Origin: Octopus sinensis
Taxonomy: Eukaryota
Assembly: GCF_006345805.1 (NCBI RefSeq)
Contig: NC_043015.1
Coordinates: forward strand, 8,742,001 to 8,806,000
Length of the DNA: 64,000 nucleotides
Direction of reading: 5' to 3'
Below are positions 12,834 to 24,878 of the stretch, piece by piece. A model generated the notes under the pieces. The model searched no databases. It was not told the origin of the DNA and saw only the letters and a list, made by a program, of their open reading frames with translations. Both the position numbers and the translations under genes were made by a program. Each line of letters opens with the position of its first letter. The stretch's first letter is position 1.

Positions 12834-14000
12834 CTTTGTATTTGCATTTAACGCTTAACACAAAACCAAATGGCTAGTGATACAGAATAAGCACTATACA
12901 TAACAACTGACTTGAGGAGCACGCTTGTTTGATGAAAAAAAATTCTATGTAGTTACTAGGAAATTATTGAAATGAACGAAATGATTGAAAATAAATAACA
13001 TCTAGAAATAACGATAAACAATACACACGCACAGACACACACACGCATACACACACCGAAGCATAGGTAGATATATGCATATATCTGCATATCAATAAAA
13101 ATAATATTTATATAGGTATATACATATAGAGTACCTATAGAGTGATACATCGTTTTATATATGCATATACATATATATATATAATATATATATTATATAT
13201 ATATATATATATATATGCAGAAAGAGAGAGATGTACAGAGATATAGATATACATGCACACACACACGTGTGTGTGCATGTGTGTATCTGTATATGGTTGT
13301 TCGATTTGGATTTTGAAAGTGTGTATTTATGTGTGTGAGCATGTGTATTCTGTTGCTTCTTTGTAAAACTCAATTGCGTCTTGCGGAATATAATGTAGCG
13401 ACAAATAAAATTCCAATACCCACCAATGATTCTGTAATAAACATTGGATCATGCATGTTAATGATTGCGAAAATATATGCGCAAAATATATGTGAACGAT
13501 TTTATACTTGTAGACACGTGAAAGTGAATAACATTCACTTATTATGTGTTTACGTAGAATCAATGTGAGGCATATTTTGGAAGAATTACATTTGCTAATC
13601 TATTTAATTTTATAATGTGTGCGAGGATCACGAAATTGATTCGATTTTCATATAGTGTTTGTGGTGTAAATTGAATAGAAGTTTCCTTGTAAATATACTA
13701 AATATATTCATCAAAATATCTAAATGTGATAATGAAAAATATGACAAAAAAAAATGTATGCGAATATTGAAAAATATCGATATTCCAATTATATGATCAC
13801 CAACATTCTTTTCTAGAGATTCTGTATATTATTCACTCAGTTGTTTTTTCTACATCACTTACTTGCGTATGCATGTATGCAGGCGTACATACAGGACTAC
13901 ATGCATATGTATATATACATATATACATATATATTGATAAATAAATATATAGAATTATATGTACATATATATATATATATTATATATATATATATATAAT

Positions 14001-14035
<35 letters not shown>

Positions 14036-15302
14036 GCATATATACATATAGAAATATACATATATATGTATGTAGAGGCATATAGATGCATGTATATATA
14101 GTTATATAATTATATAAAACTGTATATTGATACATACCCACAATTATATTTATCCGTGTATGATTGTGTGGACAAACTCATGAAAGATATTTTTTTGTGT
14201 TTTAGTGTTCGGTGTAAATTTTGAACGGATCTTTGCCTTTTCTCTGTAAACTATGTCAATTTATGATCATGCACTTCTACTACATCCATTAAAGAACTGT
14301 TTGTTAAAGAAATAAAGTATAACATAGGATATATTAACCAAGAAATATTTTGGAAATCACTTAAGCAGGCACTTTAATTAATTTCTATAAATTATGCATG
14401 ACGCATAAATGAATAGTTTTTCATTGGTAAATATATACCATTTAGATAACAAGTAATAAAACAAATTCTTGAACATTACAAAATCCCATTAAGCTTTTGC
14501 ATTTGCAATCGGAATCCTTTCAGAGAAATCATTTCATTAACAAATCCAATCAGGTGTTTTAATATTCTCTACCGTTATATATCTATTCCTCTACAAGCAT
14601 ATGGTAATGACTACTGAATCCTCGTAAAATTTGTTGACGTATTTTGTCCCTGTTCTGAAAGAATGTGCAATTTATTTATAAATCCAAGTCTAAATATGTA
14701 AGAATTTGAGGTTAATAATGAATGTTCATTAGTTAACATATAATTGTATGCTTGTAAAGTACATTGTGAATGTATTTAAAGTATTTATCTGTACATTGTA
14801 TCGTGAATGTGTTTATCCGCAATTGTGCATTACTATAATTATATCTGAAGTAAACTCTCGCATTGGATTTGTACAAATACGAATTTAGTTTCATTAATTA
14901 CAATGCCTCTTGCATCCATTCTCTCTATATATATATGTGTGAGTGTGTATGTGTGCGTCTGCGTATATGTGATTGAAGGTAGGAAATGACACGTAATTAC
15001 CAACTTTTAATTGAAATATCGCAACAAGATGTTTAGTCCTTTGTATGAACTATTATTTCTATGAATTATTTCTACGCGCTTGAATGATCAAAGTCATCGG
15101 TATATATTCTGTACTTCACATATTATTTCAAAATGTCCATATGTTCCTTAATTATTGCTGCTCTTTTATTATTAGCCTCATAACCCAGAAGAAATTCATA
15201 CTCTTCAGTTTTAGAGAAGACTAGAAAACTATATTTATAATGTTTACCAGATGTGTTGACATTCTTTTCTTTTCTGCTCTAGGCATTTTTGTGGAGGTGG
15301 AG

Positions 15303-15827
15303 CAAGTCGATTAGATCGGCCCCATTACGCATATAGTACTTAATTTATCGCGCTCCAAAGGTTGAAAGGTGATGTCGACCATGGAGATATTTGAAATCAG
15401 AACGTAAAGATAGAAGAAATACCTATTTCTTTACCACCCACAAGGGGCTAAAAACACAGAGAGGACAAACATGGACAGACAAACGGATTAAGTTGATCAC
15501 ATCGACCCCAGTGCGTAGCTGGTTCTTATTTAATCGACCCCGAAAGGATAAAAGGCAAAGTCGACCGCGGAGGAATTTGAACTCAGAACGTAGCGGCAGA
15601 TGAAATAATTATTTCTTTACTACCCACAAGGGGATAAACACAGAGGACAATCAAGGACAGACACGCGGATTAAGCCGATTATATCGACCTTAGTGCGTAA
15701 TGGTACTTATTTAATTGACCCCGAAAGGATGAAAGGCAAAGTCGACCTTGGCGGGATTTTGAACGGCAGTCAAAAATACGGCTACGCATTTCGCCCGGCG
15801 TGCAAACGTTTCTGCCAGCTCGCCGCT
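15303..15827 (-). mobile_element. SINE-A with one tRNA-derived head and three tandem core units
   Basis: Head GCGGCGAGCTGGCAGAAACGTTTGCACGCCGGGCGAAATGC. Core GTCGACTTTGCCTTTCATCCTTTCGGGGTCGAT occurs three times at about 185-bp spacing. Core resembles the Meta/MESC SINE domain (recalled, not aligned). Confidence 0.85.
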
Positions 15828-16136
15828 TTACGAGGTGTGGTGATATTGCTAGTTAACTATTTCGTTTGTATTAGAACAACTATTATAGAAACACTGCTTT
15901 CCAGTGGTCTTTACATCTAGGCTTGTTATGTTTGAGTTTCAGCAAACTTTATAACATATATTACTAATGACTATTCTATGTCACTTCACAACGTGTATAC
16001 GTGTCTGTGAAAAAGAATTGAGAATACAATAATATGCGTCTGTATTTGGCGCACTTAGAATTTTTGTGCATGGGGTAGAAATCCCACCTCTTTCACATGA
16101 AGATTGGCATAAACACCGTTTAATATAAACAGGATT

Positions 16137-16224
16137 ACATACATACATACAAAATACATACATACATACATACATACATACATACATACATACATACATA
16201 CATACATACAGACACACATACATA
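16137..16224 (+). repeat. (TACA)n microsatellite
   Basis: Direct reading. Confidence 0.95.
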
Positions 16225-16350
16225 TAGTTTGCCCATGGATGTCAATATATCATATTTGTTAACGGTTGTTGTTAATACTTTTCTCTGGATTGTGTATTGC
16301 TTTCTCTTTTTGTCATCTGTGATTTTATTTTTGATCTTCTATATAAATAA

Positions 16351-16651
16351 GTGGAGGCACATAGCCTAGACGCTAGAGCAGCGGAATCGCGGTCGAGGGA
16401 TCACGAGTTCGAATCTCAGACCGGCTGATATGTGTGTTTATTAGAGAAACACCTAAGCTCCACGCGGCTCTGACAGAAGGTAATGGCGTACTTCTGCTGA
16501 CACTTCCGCCACAAATTTCTCTCACTCTTTCCGGCTGCATCTTGCAGTTCAACTGCGACAGACTGGCGTCCCGTCAAGGTGGGGAACCTATACGCCTAGG
16601 GAACCGGGAAACCGGCCCTATGAGCCAGGCATGGCTTCAGAAGGAACAAAC
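16351..16651 (+). mobile_element. tRNA-derived SINE-C
   Basis: GTGGAGGCACATAGCCTAG..GAGTTCGAATC head shared with 25329 and 34930. Contains GCGACAGACTGGCGTCCCGTC, similar to V/Meta-SINE 3' segments. Confidence 0.8.
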
Positions 16652-17362
16652 ATATAAATGAAGATATTTCCTCCGCCTGTTTGGTTTTCTTTCTACAAAA
16701 CAGGAAATTGCATTCCATAACAGTTATTTTAAAGATTTGTATATATTTATAAGCCATCGAGATAGATCTGCACCGCCGGATGCTCCTGAACAGTTGTTGA
16801 GTGTCCCACCCATGAGGAATCGATGCTAGATGTGTCGAAAGAATTGTCGTGGTTAATTATAAATTCTCGTATATTCCGTCTTCCGTGTTTCTCTTGTCAC
16901 ACACACAGAGACACAGACACACACACATAAACACATACACACACACACACACACACACTCACATATACTGTTGTGTCTAGGGGAGAGTCCTTCGCTGGTA
17001 GGGCCGTATCATTTAGTACACTCACCGGTAAAGTTTCCACTCAACTCATTTACTCATTTATTTTTCATAAAATTTTCGTTGCGTTTTGCATCATTTCTGG
17101 TAGCCATTGTGAGTCAACGACAATTGAGAAGGTTGGAAGACGTAAAGAAACTTTCTGGAGAAATAAATATGCAAATGAGTTGAAACATTACCGGTGAATG
17201 TGTTAAATAATAAGGTACTAAAAGTGAGAGACAGACAGACAGACATAACGAAAGATTAAAGGAAATGAAAGGGCAGATACAATATATATGCTTCAACACA
17301 CGAAATCACATAAAGAATCTTGCAAATCAAATCGAGTAATATATATAAATATAAATATATAT

Positions 17363-17397
<35 letters not shown>

Positions 17398-17409
17398 AAT
17401 ATATATATT

Positions 17410-19790
17410 ATGCGAGTTGATGTCCACAACTTTGTGCGCCGTGTCCGGTTGGGTGCGCATTACCACGACTCGCCACCCACACCCAACGAAGAGGACTGCT
17501 TCACTGGCCTGGGCCGCCGACCATCCCCGTGGACGCCTGCCCCTGGCCAGATCCTAGCAGTGGATCATTTCGCGGGCGCTTGTCAGCGTGCATTGGAGCG
17601 GTTCAACTTCTCCAGGCGCCAACGCCGCCTCAACATCTCCCCGGCTGAGCTCTTGGCTCTTCGTTCCCTCCAACGGCGCGCTGACATTATCATCAAACCG
17701 GCTGACAAGGGTGGAGCTGTAGTGGTGTGGCGCGCGGACCTCTATAGGGCCGAGGCTTTCCGCCAACTCAATGACAGCTCCTTCTATTCCCCTCTTCCCT
17801 CTAACCCCACACGTAGCTACGAACAGACGGTATCCTCTACTGTCCGCGACCTCATCTCGTCCTCCCGTCTCCCCCGCACCGCATCTAACCTAATTGTGCG
17901 AACCCCACGTACCCCCACCATTTACTTCCTCCCCACAATCCACAAACCCAACCACCCTGGCCGCCCCATCGTCTCCGCCTGTAACTGCCCCACGGAGCTC
18001 ATCTCTGAATACCTCGACCGTGTCCTTGCCCCTCTAGTGGCATCTCTTCCCTCCCACATCCACGATACCAACCATGCTCTCCGGCTTTTCAACTCTTTCT
18101 CCTTTCCTCCCGGCTCCTCCAAAATCCTTTTTACTATGGACATCCAAAGCCTCTATACTGTTATCTCTCACCACGAAGGACTGCAGGCCCTTCGACACTT
18201 TCTTGACCTCCGCTCTAACCCTGTACCTGACACCTCCACACTCATTCGTCTGGCCGAACTTGTCCTTACTCTGAACTGCTTCTCGTTCGCGGGCGAGTTT
18301 ACCATCAGGTCTCGGGAGTGGCCATGGGAACGCGAATGGGCCCCAACTATGCGAACCTGTTCGTTGGCTATGTTGAGGCCCAAATATTCTCTAATTTCAC
18401 TAGTCCCACTCCTGAACTATATGGTCGTTACATTGACGACATTATCGGTGCTACCTCACTCTCCCGTGAACATCTAGATTCCTTCCTCTCTTTCGTCCAA
18501 TATTTCCATCCAGCCCTCCACTTCACTTCCACTATCTCCAACACCTCTGTCTCCTTCCTCGACATTTCGGTTAGCATTCTTCACTCCACTCTTACCACCT
18601 CCATTCACTACAAACACACAGACTCACACTCATACCTCAACTTCTCTTCCTCCCACCCAGAACACACCAAGCTTTCCATCCCCTATTCCCAATTCCTCCG
18701 TCTACGTAGGCTCTGTAGTGACGACCATGACTTTGAGACTCAGTCTCAACGTATGGCTCACCACTTCACCCTACGTGGATACCCCCTCACCACTATCCAC
18801 ATCGCCCTTGCCAGAGCACGGTCCGTGGAACGTGTATCTGCTCTCACTCCCCGAACCCGCCCTGTAGTCTCCCGCCTCCCTTTTCCCCTCACTTACCACC
18901 CCACGACCCTTCGTCTCCAACGCACCATTCTTCGAGCTTTCCGTCATCTCCAGTCCGACCCGTCCACTTCACACCTCCTCCCTAACCGACCCCTCCCCTC
19001 TTTCAAACGAGCCCACAAACTTCGAGACCTTTTGGTTCATAGCTCCTTCCCTGACCCTACCTCCCAACCCGGCTCGTTCCCCTGCTCCCGCTCACGTTGC
19101 CGCACTTGCCCTTACCTCTCCAACACCACCCGCCTCACTAGCACTCACCATCGACCCTATCCCATCATCCACTCCTTCACCTGCACCTCCAGCAATATTA
19201 TCTATTGCGTCTCTTGCTCTCTCTGCAATTCCTTGTACATCGGACAAACGGGACGCCGCTTGGCTGACCGGTTCGCGGAATACCTTCGTGACATCCACCT
19301 TGCGAACGACACACCGGTCTCACGCCATTTCCGCTCCACCGGTCACTCCTTGCAACACCTATTTGTGTTCGGTTTGTCCTTACACAGAGGCCATCCGGAT
19401 TCCCGTTTGCGCCGTGAACAGGAATTAATCTTCTCTCTTCGCTCTTATACGCCATTTGGTCTCAACTCTCCCCCCTCCTCATCTAACCCCCGTCTCCCCC
19501 TCCTCACCTATCCTTCCCCCCGAACCCTACTTCTTCAGTCCTTCATCCTTTCACCCCTACTCCCCTTCCTTCTTCCCTCTTTCCTCCCGCCCTCCTTCCC
19601 TTCCATCTGCTCCCCTCCACTCCCCTTCTCTCTCTCACTCCCCCCTTTCCTCCTTTCCTCCCTCCCCCCTCATCTCTCTCCCCCTTTCCTTCCCCTCCCC
19701 TATCTCCCCCCTCTTCTCCTGACTACACACCACACGACTTTACACATCACATCATATATGATGTGCCATACTAATACATACACCAACTAA
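17410..19790 (+). pseudogene. PLE RT/GIY-YIG polyprotein with a single 1-bp frameshift at 18298-18301
   Basis: IIKPADKGGAVVVW, IHKPNHPGRPIVSAC, FTMDIQSLYT, (Y)HQVSGVAMGTRMGPNYANLF, YGRYIDD, Cys linker PCSRSRCRTCP, and GIY-YIG NIIYCVSCSLCNSLYIGQTGRRLADRFAEY...GLN (ends ~19466). The remainder is low-complexity read-through. Confidence 0.93.
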
Positions 19791-20166
19791 TACATACTAA
19801 TACGTACTAATACATACTAATACATACTAATACATACACCAACCCTATACATACACACGTCCAGACCCCTCATATACACTTATACTCTCTCATACACACA
19901 CACACACACACTTATACATACTAATACGTACTAATACATACTAATACATGCTAATACATACACCAACCCCATACATACGCCTGTCCAGACCTATCCTAGG
20001 GTCATTCAACCCTATTATCAACCCTATTATCTCCCCTTATTTCGCTCTCGCGTCTCATGTTTGATCTTTGACCTCTGGCAAAAATCAGATCGCCATGTTG
20101 ATTCGTTAGTTACTGCACGCATTTTTTTTTCTCTCCTTCTTTCTGTGTTTTTTTTCTCTCTGTGTA

Positions 20167-20204
20167 TCTTTCTGTTGAAGAGCGTAGGCTCGAAACGTTA
20201 AAGA
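20167..20204 (+). ncRNA. Minimal type I hammerhead-like motif (variant core) in the PLE 3' region
   Basis: TCTTT / CTGTTGAA / GAGC-GTAG-GCTC / GAA-ACGT-T / AAAGA. Confidence 0.5.
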
Positions 20205-20301
20205 CTTGTTTTATTTATATTTCCTGAGCGCCATACTAATACAATTGTTTGTTTGTTTTCCACCTGCCTTCGTCTTTTGTCTATTTTCATAAAGCTTCCC
20301 G

Positions 20302-20365
<64 letters not shown>

Positions 20366-20929
20366 ATATACATACACATATACTATATAAATATGCATGT
20401 ATGTGTCTGTGTTTCGTGTGACTGTCTCTCAGTGAATACATAGAAAGTGTGCTTCCAGGGCAAGGATTCGATACACGCAAATGATTATCATTTTATCCAT
20501 GAAAGAAATCACACCTCGCATCCTCTTTCCTTGTTAAGATTCTAATGTTTTTGAAATTAGGAACTTTAAGCAAATTATACGTGAATATACATGTATTTAT
20601 CTGTTCAGTTACTGAATTATTTAATCAAATATAGTTCCGGAAACATTTAAAATATACAATATTGATTACATACAGGGATATGAACACAGTAAGGTGGCAC
20701 CGTTATTCGTATATATGAAATATATTATTTCAATGAGAAAAGTTTTGAAAAATGAAGATGCTAGTTATTAACATAAATCCATAAAAATTTTAAATAGCAG
20801 ATGAAAGAACAGATTTGAAAAAAATCGAAATCATATATTAATATACTTGATTGAAAGGAAACAAGAAAACAAAATATATGATATCAGAAAATGTCCTCGA
20901 TTTCTCACTGCGTTATAATATTTTAATAT

Positions 20930-21120
20930 TGGTGTGAAATTTTGGCGTAAGGACTGCAATTTTCGAGCAGTCTTAAGACAATTACATAGAACTTAACGCA
21001 CAGCTGGTACTTAATGATCGCGAAAGTATGAAAGGCATCTTCGATCTCATCGAAATATGAACTCAGAACATAAAACTGATGAAATGCTGCTAAATATTTT
21101 GGCCGGCGTTCTAACCGTCC
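20930..21120 (-). mobile_element. Degenerate SINE-A copy
   Basis: CTGGTACTTAATGATCGCGAAAGTATGAAAGGC...GAACTCAGAAC matches the SINE-A reverse complement. Confidence 0.65.
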
Positions 21121-21199
21121 TGTTTTCTGTGCACAATCAGAATATACTAAAATTGGTTTCACATTTCGGCACAAGGCCAGACAGTATAATAATCATCCT

Positions 21200-21625
21200 T
21201 TCTACTCTAGGCACAAGGCCCGAAATTTTGGGGACGGGGGTCCAGTAGATTGGATTGACCCCAGTACGCAACTGGTACTTAATTTATCGACTCCGAGAGG
21301 ATGAAATGCAAAGTCGAACTCGGCGGAATTTGAGCTCAGAACGTAACGACAGATGAAATACCTATTTCTTTACTACCGACAAGGGGCTAAACACACAGAG
21401 GGCAGACAAACGGATTGAGTCGATTATATCGAATGCAGTGCGTAACTGGTACTTAATTTATCGACCCCGAAAGGATGAAAGGCTAAGTCAACCACAGCGG
21501 AATTTAAACCCAGAACGTAGCGGCAGACGAAATACCTATTTCTATTTCTTTACAACCTACAAGGGGCTAAACACGGAGAGGACAAACCAGCACAGATAAA
21601 CGGATTAAGTCGATTATATCGATAC
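21200..21625 (-). mobile_element. SINE-A multimer (two full core units plus a partial third, head missing)
   Basis: Repeated ACTGGTACTTAATTTATCGAC(T/C)CCGA.AGGATGAAA.GC units; 3' tail CTAGGCACAAGGCCCGAAATTTT. Confidence 0.85.
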
Positions 21626-21764
21626 GTATATCTCCACCACTTGGTTTTGACAGAGAGATTTGATATTTTCGGAAATTATCTTTGCTTCGTTTTCGCGACA
21701 AATATTCTTTCTAGATTATGTTTTATGGATTCAGTTCAACTGTACTTGTTTTTGCCGCTGCAAG

Positions 21765-22155
21765 GCGACAAACTGGCAGAATCGTTAGGACGCCGGGCGA
21801 AATGCTTAACAGTATTTCGTTCGTCTTTACGTTCTGGGTTCAAATTCCGCCGAGGTCGACTTTGCCTTTCATCCTTTCGGGGTCGATAAATTAAGTACCG
21901 GTTACGCACTGGGGTCGATATGATCGACTTAATCCGTTTGTCTGTCCTTGTTTGTCCCCCCTGTATTTAGCCCCTTGTGGGTAGTAAAGAAATAGGTATT
22001 TCGTCTGTCTTTATGTTCTGAGTTCAAATTCCGCCTAGGTCGACTTTGCCTTTCATCCTTTCTGGGTAGATGAATTAAGTACAAGTTGAGTTCTGGGGTC
22101 GATATCATCGACTGCACCCTCGTCCAAAATTTCGGATCTTGTGCCTAGATTAGAA
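21765..22155 (+). mobile_element. SINE-A dimer (head, two cores, tail)
   Basis: Head GGCGACAAACTGGCAGAATCGTTAGGACGCCGGGCG, two cores, tail AAAATTTCGGATCTTGTGCCTAGA. Confidence 0.88.
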
Positions 22156-23779
22156 AAAAATATTTCTTTTATCACCCTTAGCTTGTATGTGGTTAATTTC
22201 TCTGTGTGACTTTCTCATAGGACTTCAGAGAGGCGTGTTTTATACGTTGAGATTTTATACAATTTAGATAAATTTCCACTATTTAAGAGCAATACGAATG
22301 GTTAGTCAATAATCTTATCTCTATTTCATTTCGAGGATGAAACTCAATGAACTGGAAAAACTCGAACGCGCTGCAGTTAAGCTTCAACAACAGTAAATTA
22401 GTGTATTTGAAGTATAACAAATCTCTTTCGAATCTTTTTTTTTTTTATATAGATAAATCGCTTCTAAAGTATCTCTGAGACACAGGGTCGTTTAAACGAT
22501 AGCTGTTTTACTAGGATGAAAAAACACAACCTAGTGGCACATTTTGCAATACAAAACAGAGCGAATATGTGCAAAATAATTCTAGAAATTTGACTTCTAG
22601 ATATTGAACCTGTAACTCTATAAATATTATTTATGATTCATGTGTGCAATATATTATTGAATTACAATATTAATTCACCTCAGATTGATGTAAAGGCGTA
22701 TATGCAGTTTATATTTACACAAAGCAATGTATAAGCAGTATCTGTTAGTTCCTTTGAAATATCCATAGACATTAAAAACATGATATATTTGTATTGGATT
22801 ACTTAATATTTTATATGACTTGAATAGTTATATATAAACGCAGTAACTTTCAAATTGTATATATTCCTTTGTATAATATTCGAGTTAAAAATATTCTTTA
22901 CATATGATGAAAATATATTCGATATTTGGTATACCATGAATAACTCCAAATACGATTAATATCATTTTTATTCAATAAAGTCGCTACTACATAAATCTCA
23001 ATAAATATATATTAACACGGTACACTGTAACTAACAATAACCTCTCTAACACATACACATGTAAAAAAAACATATACGAGAATAAATCTATACACCAGCG
23101 ACACAAACGATCTTCAGTAGAATTTTGTCATAGATAATGAAGTAAAATATATTTTGGTGAGTCACATGTTTCTGATATCAACGGCGACTTTTTTCTCTTT
23201 GACAAATCTATTTTCAGAAATTCATTTAGAAAACTCTTATAATATAGAATGTGGTAATCGCTCAGTTGTTAACCATTTGTAACAGGTTTACCTAAGTACA
23301 TAGAACATTTCATTCATTTTGATGAGATTCTCCTATGATGAAGTGACATGATACCTAGTTCAGTATTCGTTTCTTCACTAGGTTACAGCACGGGCAATAC
23401 AACTTAAGAAAAGGGGTACATAAATTAGTATAATACATAAATTAGTATAATACTAGTTCAATTATTGCTTCACGTGTTGTATAAAATATGCAAAAATTAA
23501 GTATTTTGGGGTTGTGTGTGGTGTTGGGTTGGGTGGTTTTCAGTGTAGTGTTGTCTAGTTCTTTGGCGCGTTTTATTCCAAATTCTATACAAACACTATT
23601 ACAACGCCAATATCCCTCCACCCTTATACATTTCCACCCACAACCCCAAAAATATCGAAGCATACACCACAATCACAAAAAACCTCAGTCTACTGTCAAC
23701 AGACCCAAATATGAAAAACATTATAAATACACACAAAATCCTCAAATGTAAAAGACAACACAAATCTTAAAAAAAACTC

Positions 23780-24235
23780 TTGACAAATGCCAAACTTCAC
23801 ACACCACATCCACCCACAACAGTTAATAAATGTGCACGCCCAAACTGTGGAACCTGCCCCTTCCTACTTGAAGGCTCTGAATTTATCTTCAAACAAGGAA
23901 CGAAGTTTAAAATCAAGACCAACTTCTCCTGTTCCTCCGAAAACCCTATTTACGTTCTCACATGCGCCGCTTGCCAACATAATTATGTTGGACAAACGAG
24001 CCTCCCGTTCCGTAAAAGAGTAGTGGTGCATAAAGAACAAATAAATCTCCCGGATTACCGGCAAATCCCACTGAGTGACCACATAGATTCATGCGCTAAA
24101 GACAAAAATCCCAAATTCTACATATTCCCCTTCTACCAATGTAAAGACGGAATCACCACACAGGAGAAAATTAACAAGGAGAATCTCTTTATTGAAAAAT
24201 TCAAAACGCATCTCAATATGCAAACTCCTCGTTGA
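23780..24235 (+). pseudogene. PLE GIY-YIG endonuclease domain remnant
   Basis: IYVLTC-AAC-QHNYVGQT motif with upstream CxxxxCxxC linker. Confidence 0.88.
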
Positions 24236-24878
24236 TCATACTTCTTTTTCCTACCTGATTCTTCATGGATGGAGTAACACAAATATATAAGGATACCATG
24301 CAGTCATCACTTCAAACTAAAACTTATATTCTCTAAATATCATTATTATTACTGTTGTTATTATTATTATTATTATTATTATATTATTATTATTATTGTT
24401 ATTATTATTATTATTATTATTATCTTTATTATATATGACATAATCTGAATTGTAATTATAAATTGGTTTATGCAAATTTCCATAATTATAAAACAATATA
24501 AATTAAGTTAGCAAGCAATGATTAAAAAAAACTTAATGCAAATAAAATTAAAATGATAATTTTATAAGAGCTTAAAACCCATAGAGTTGTCTCCCCTTAT
24601 TCACAACACAGGAACTGGACTACCACTACCTCCTGTTATGCCATTCACTCAAGAGACACCTTTAATTATATTAAACAACACATGGATTTAATCCCATTGG
24701 ATCTCAATACTTCAAGGTAATTTTTTCGTGAACTATCATCAAAATCAAGATACACAAAGACTTTACAATGTATCGGAGTACCTAGTTTTTGATTTTTGTA
24801 TATATTATTATTTTTTTGCAAAAAACAATGTAATTTTCTTTTTCCCCCCTCCTCACATTAAAACATTTTTTTCTTTAC

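Larger units (their letters stand above)
17410..20301 (+). mobile_element. 5'-truncated Penelope-like element (Neptune-type) inserted in (TA)n
   Basis: RT plus GIY-YIG ORF, long 3' region with a hammerhead-like motif at 20167-20204, (TA)n on both sides. Confidence 0.95.

Noticed and set aside
13380-13446. Minus-strand TM-like peptide SLVGIGILFVATLYSARRN* after TTACAG
   Set aside because: Too short to separate from chance without transcript data
22336-22388. MKLNELEKLERAAVKLQQQ coiled-coil-like stretch with a GTAAAT donor
   Set aside because: Only a non-canonical GAG acceptor; could equally be a CR1/L2 remnant
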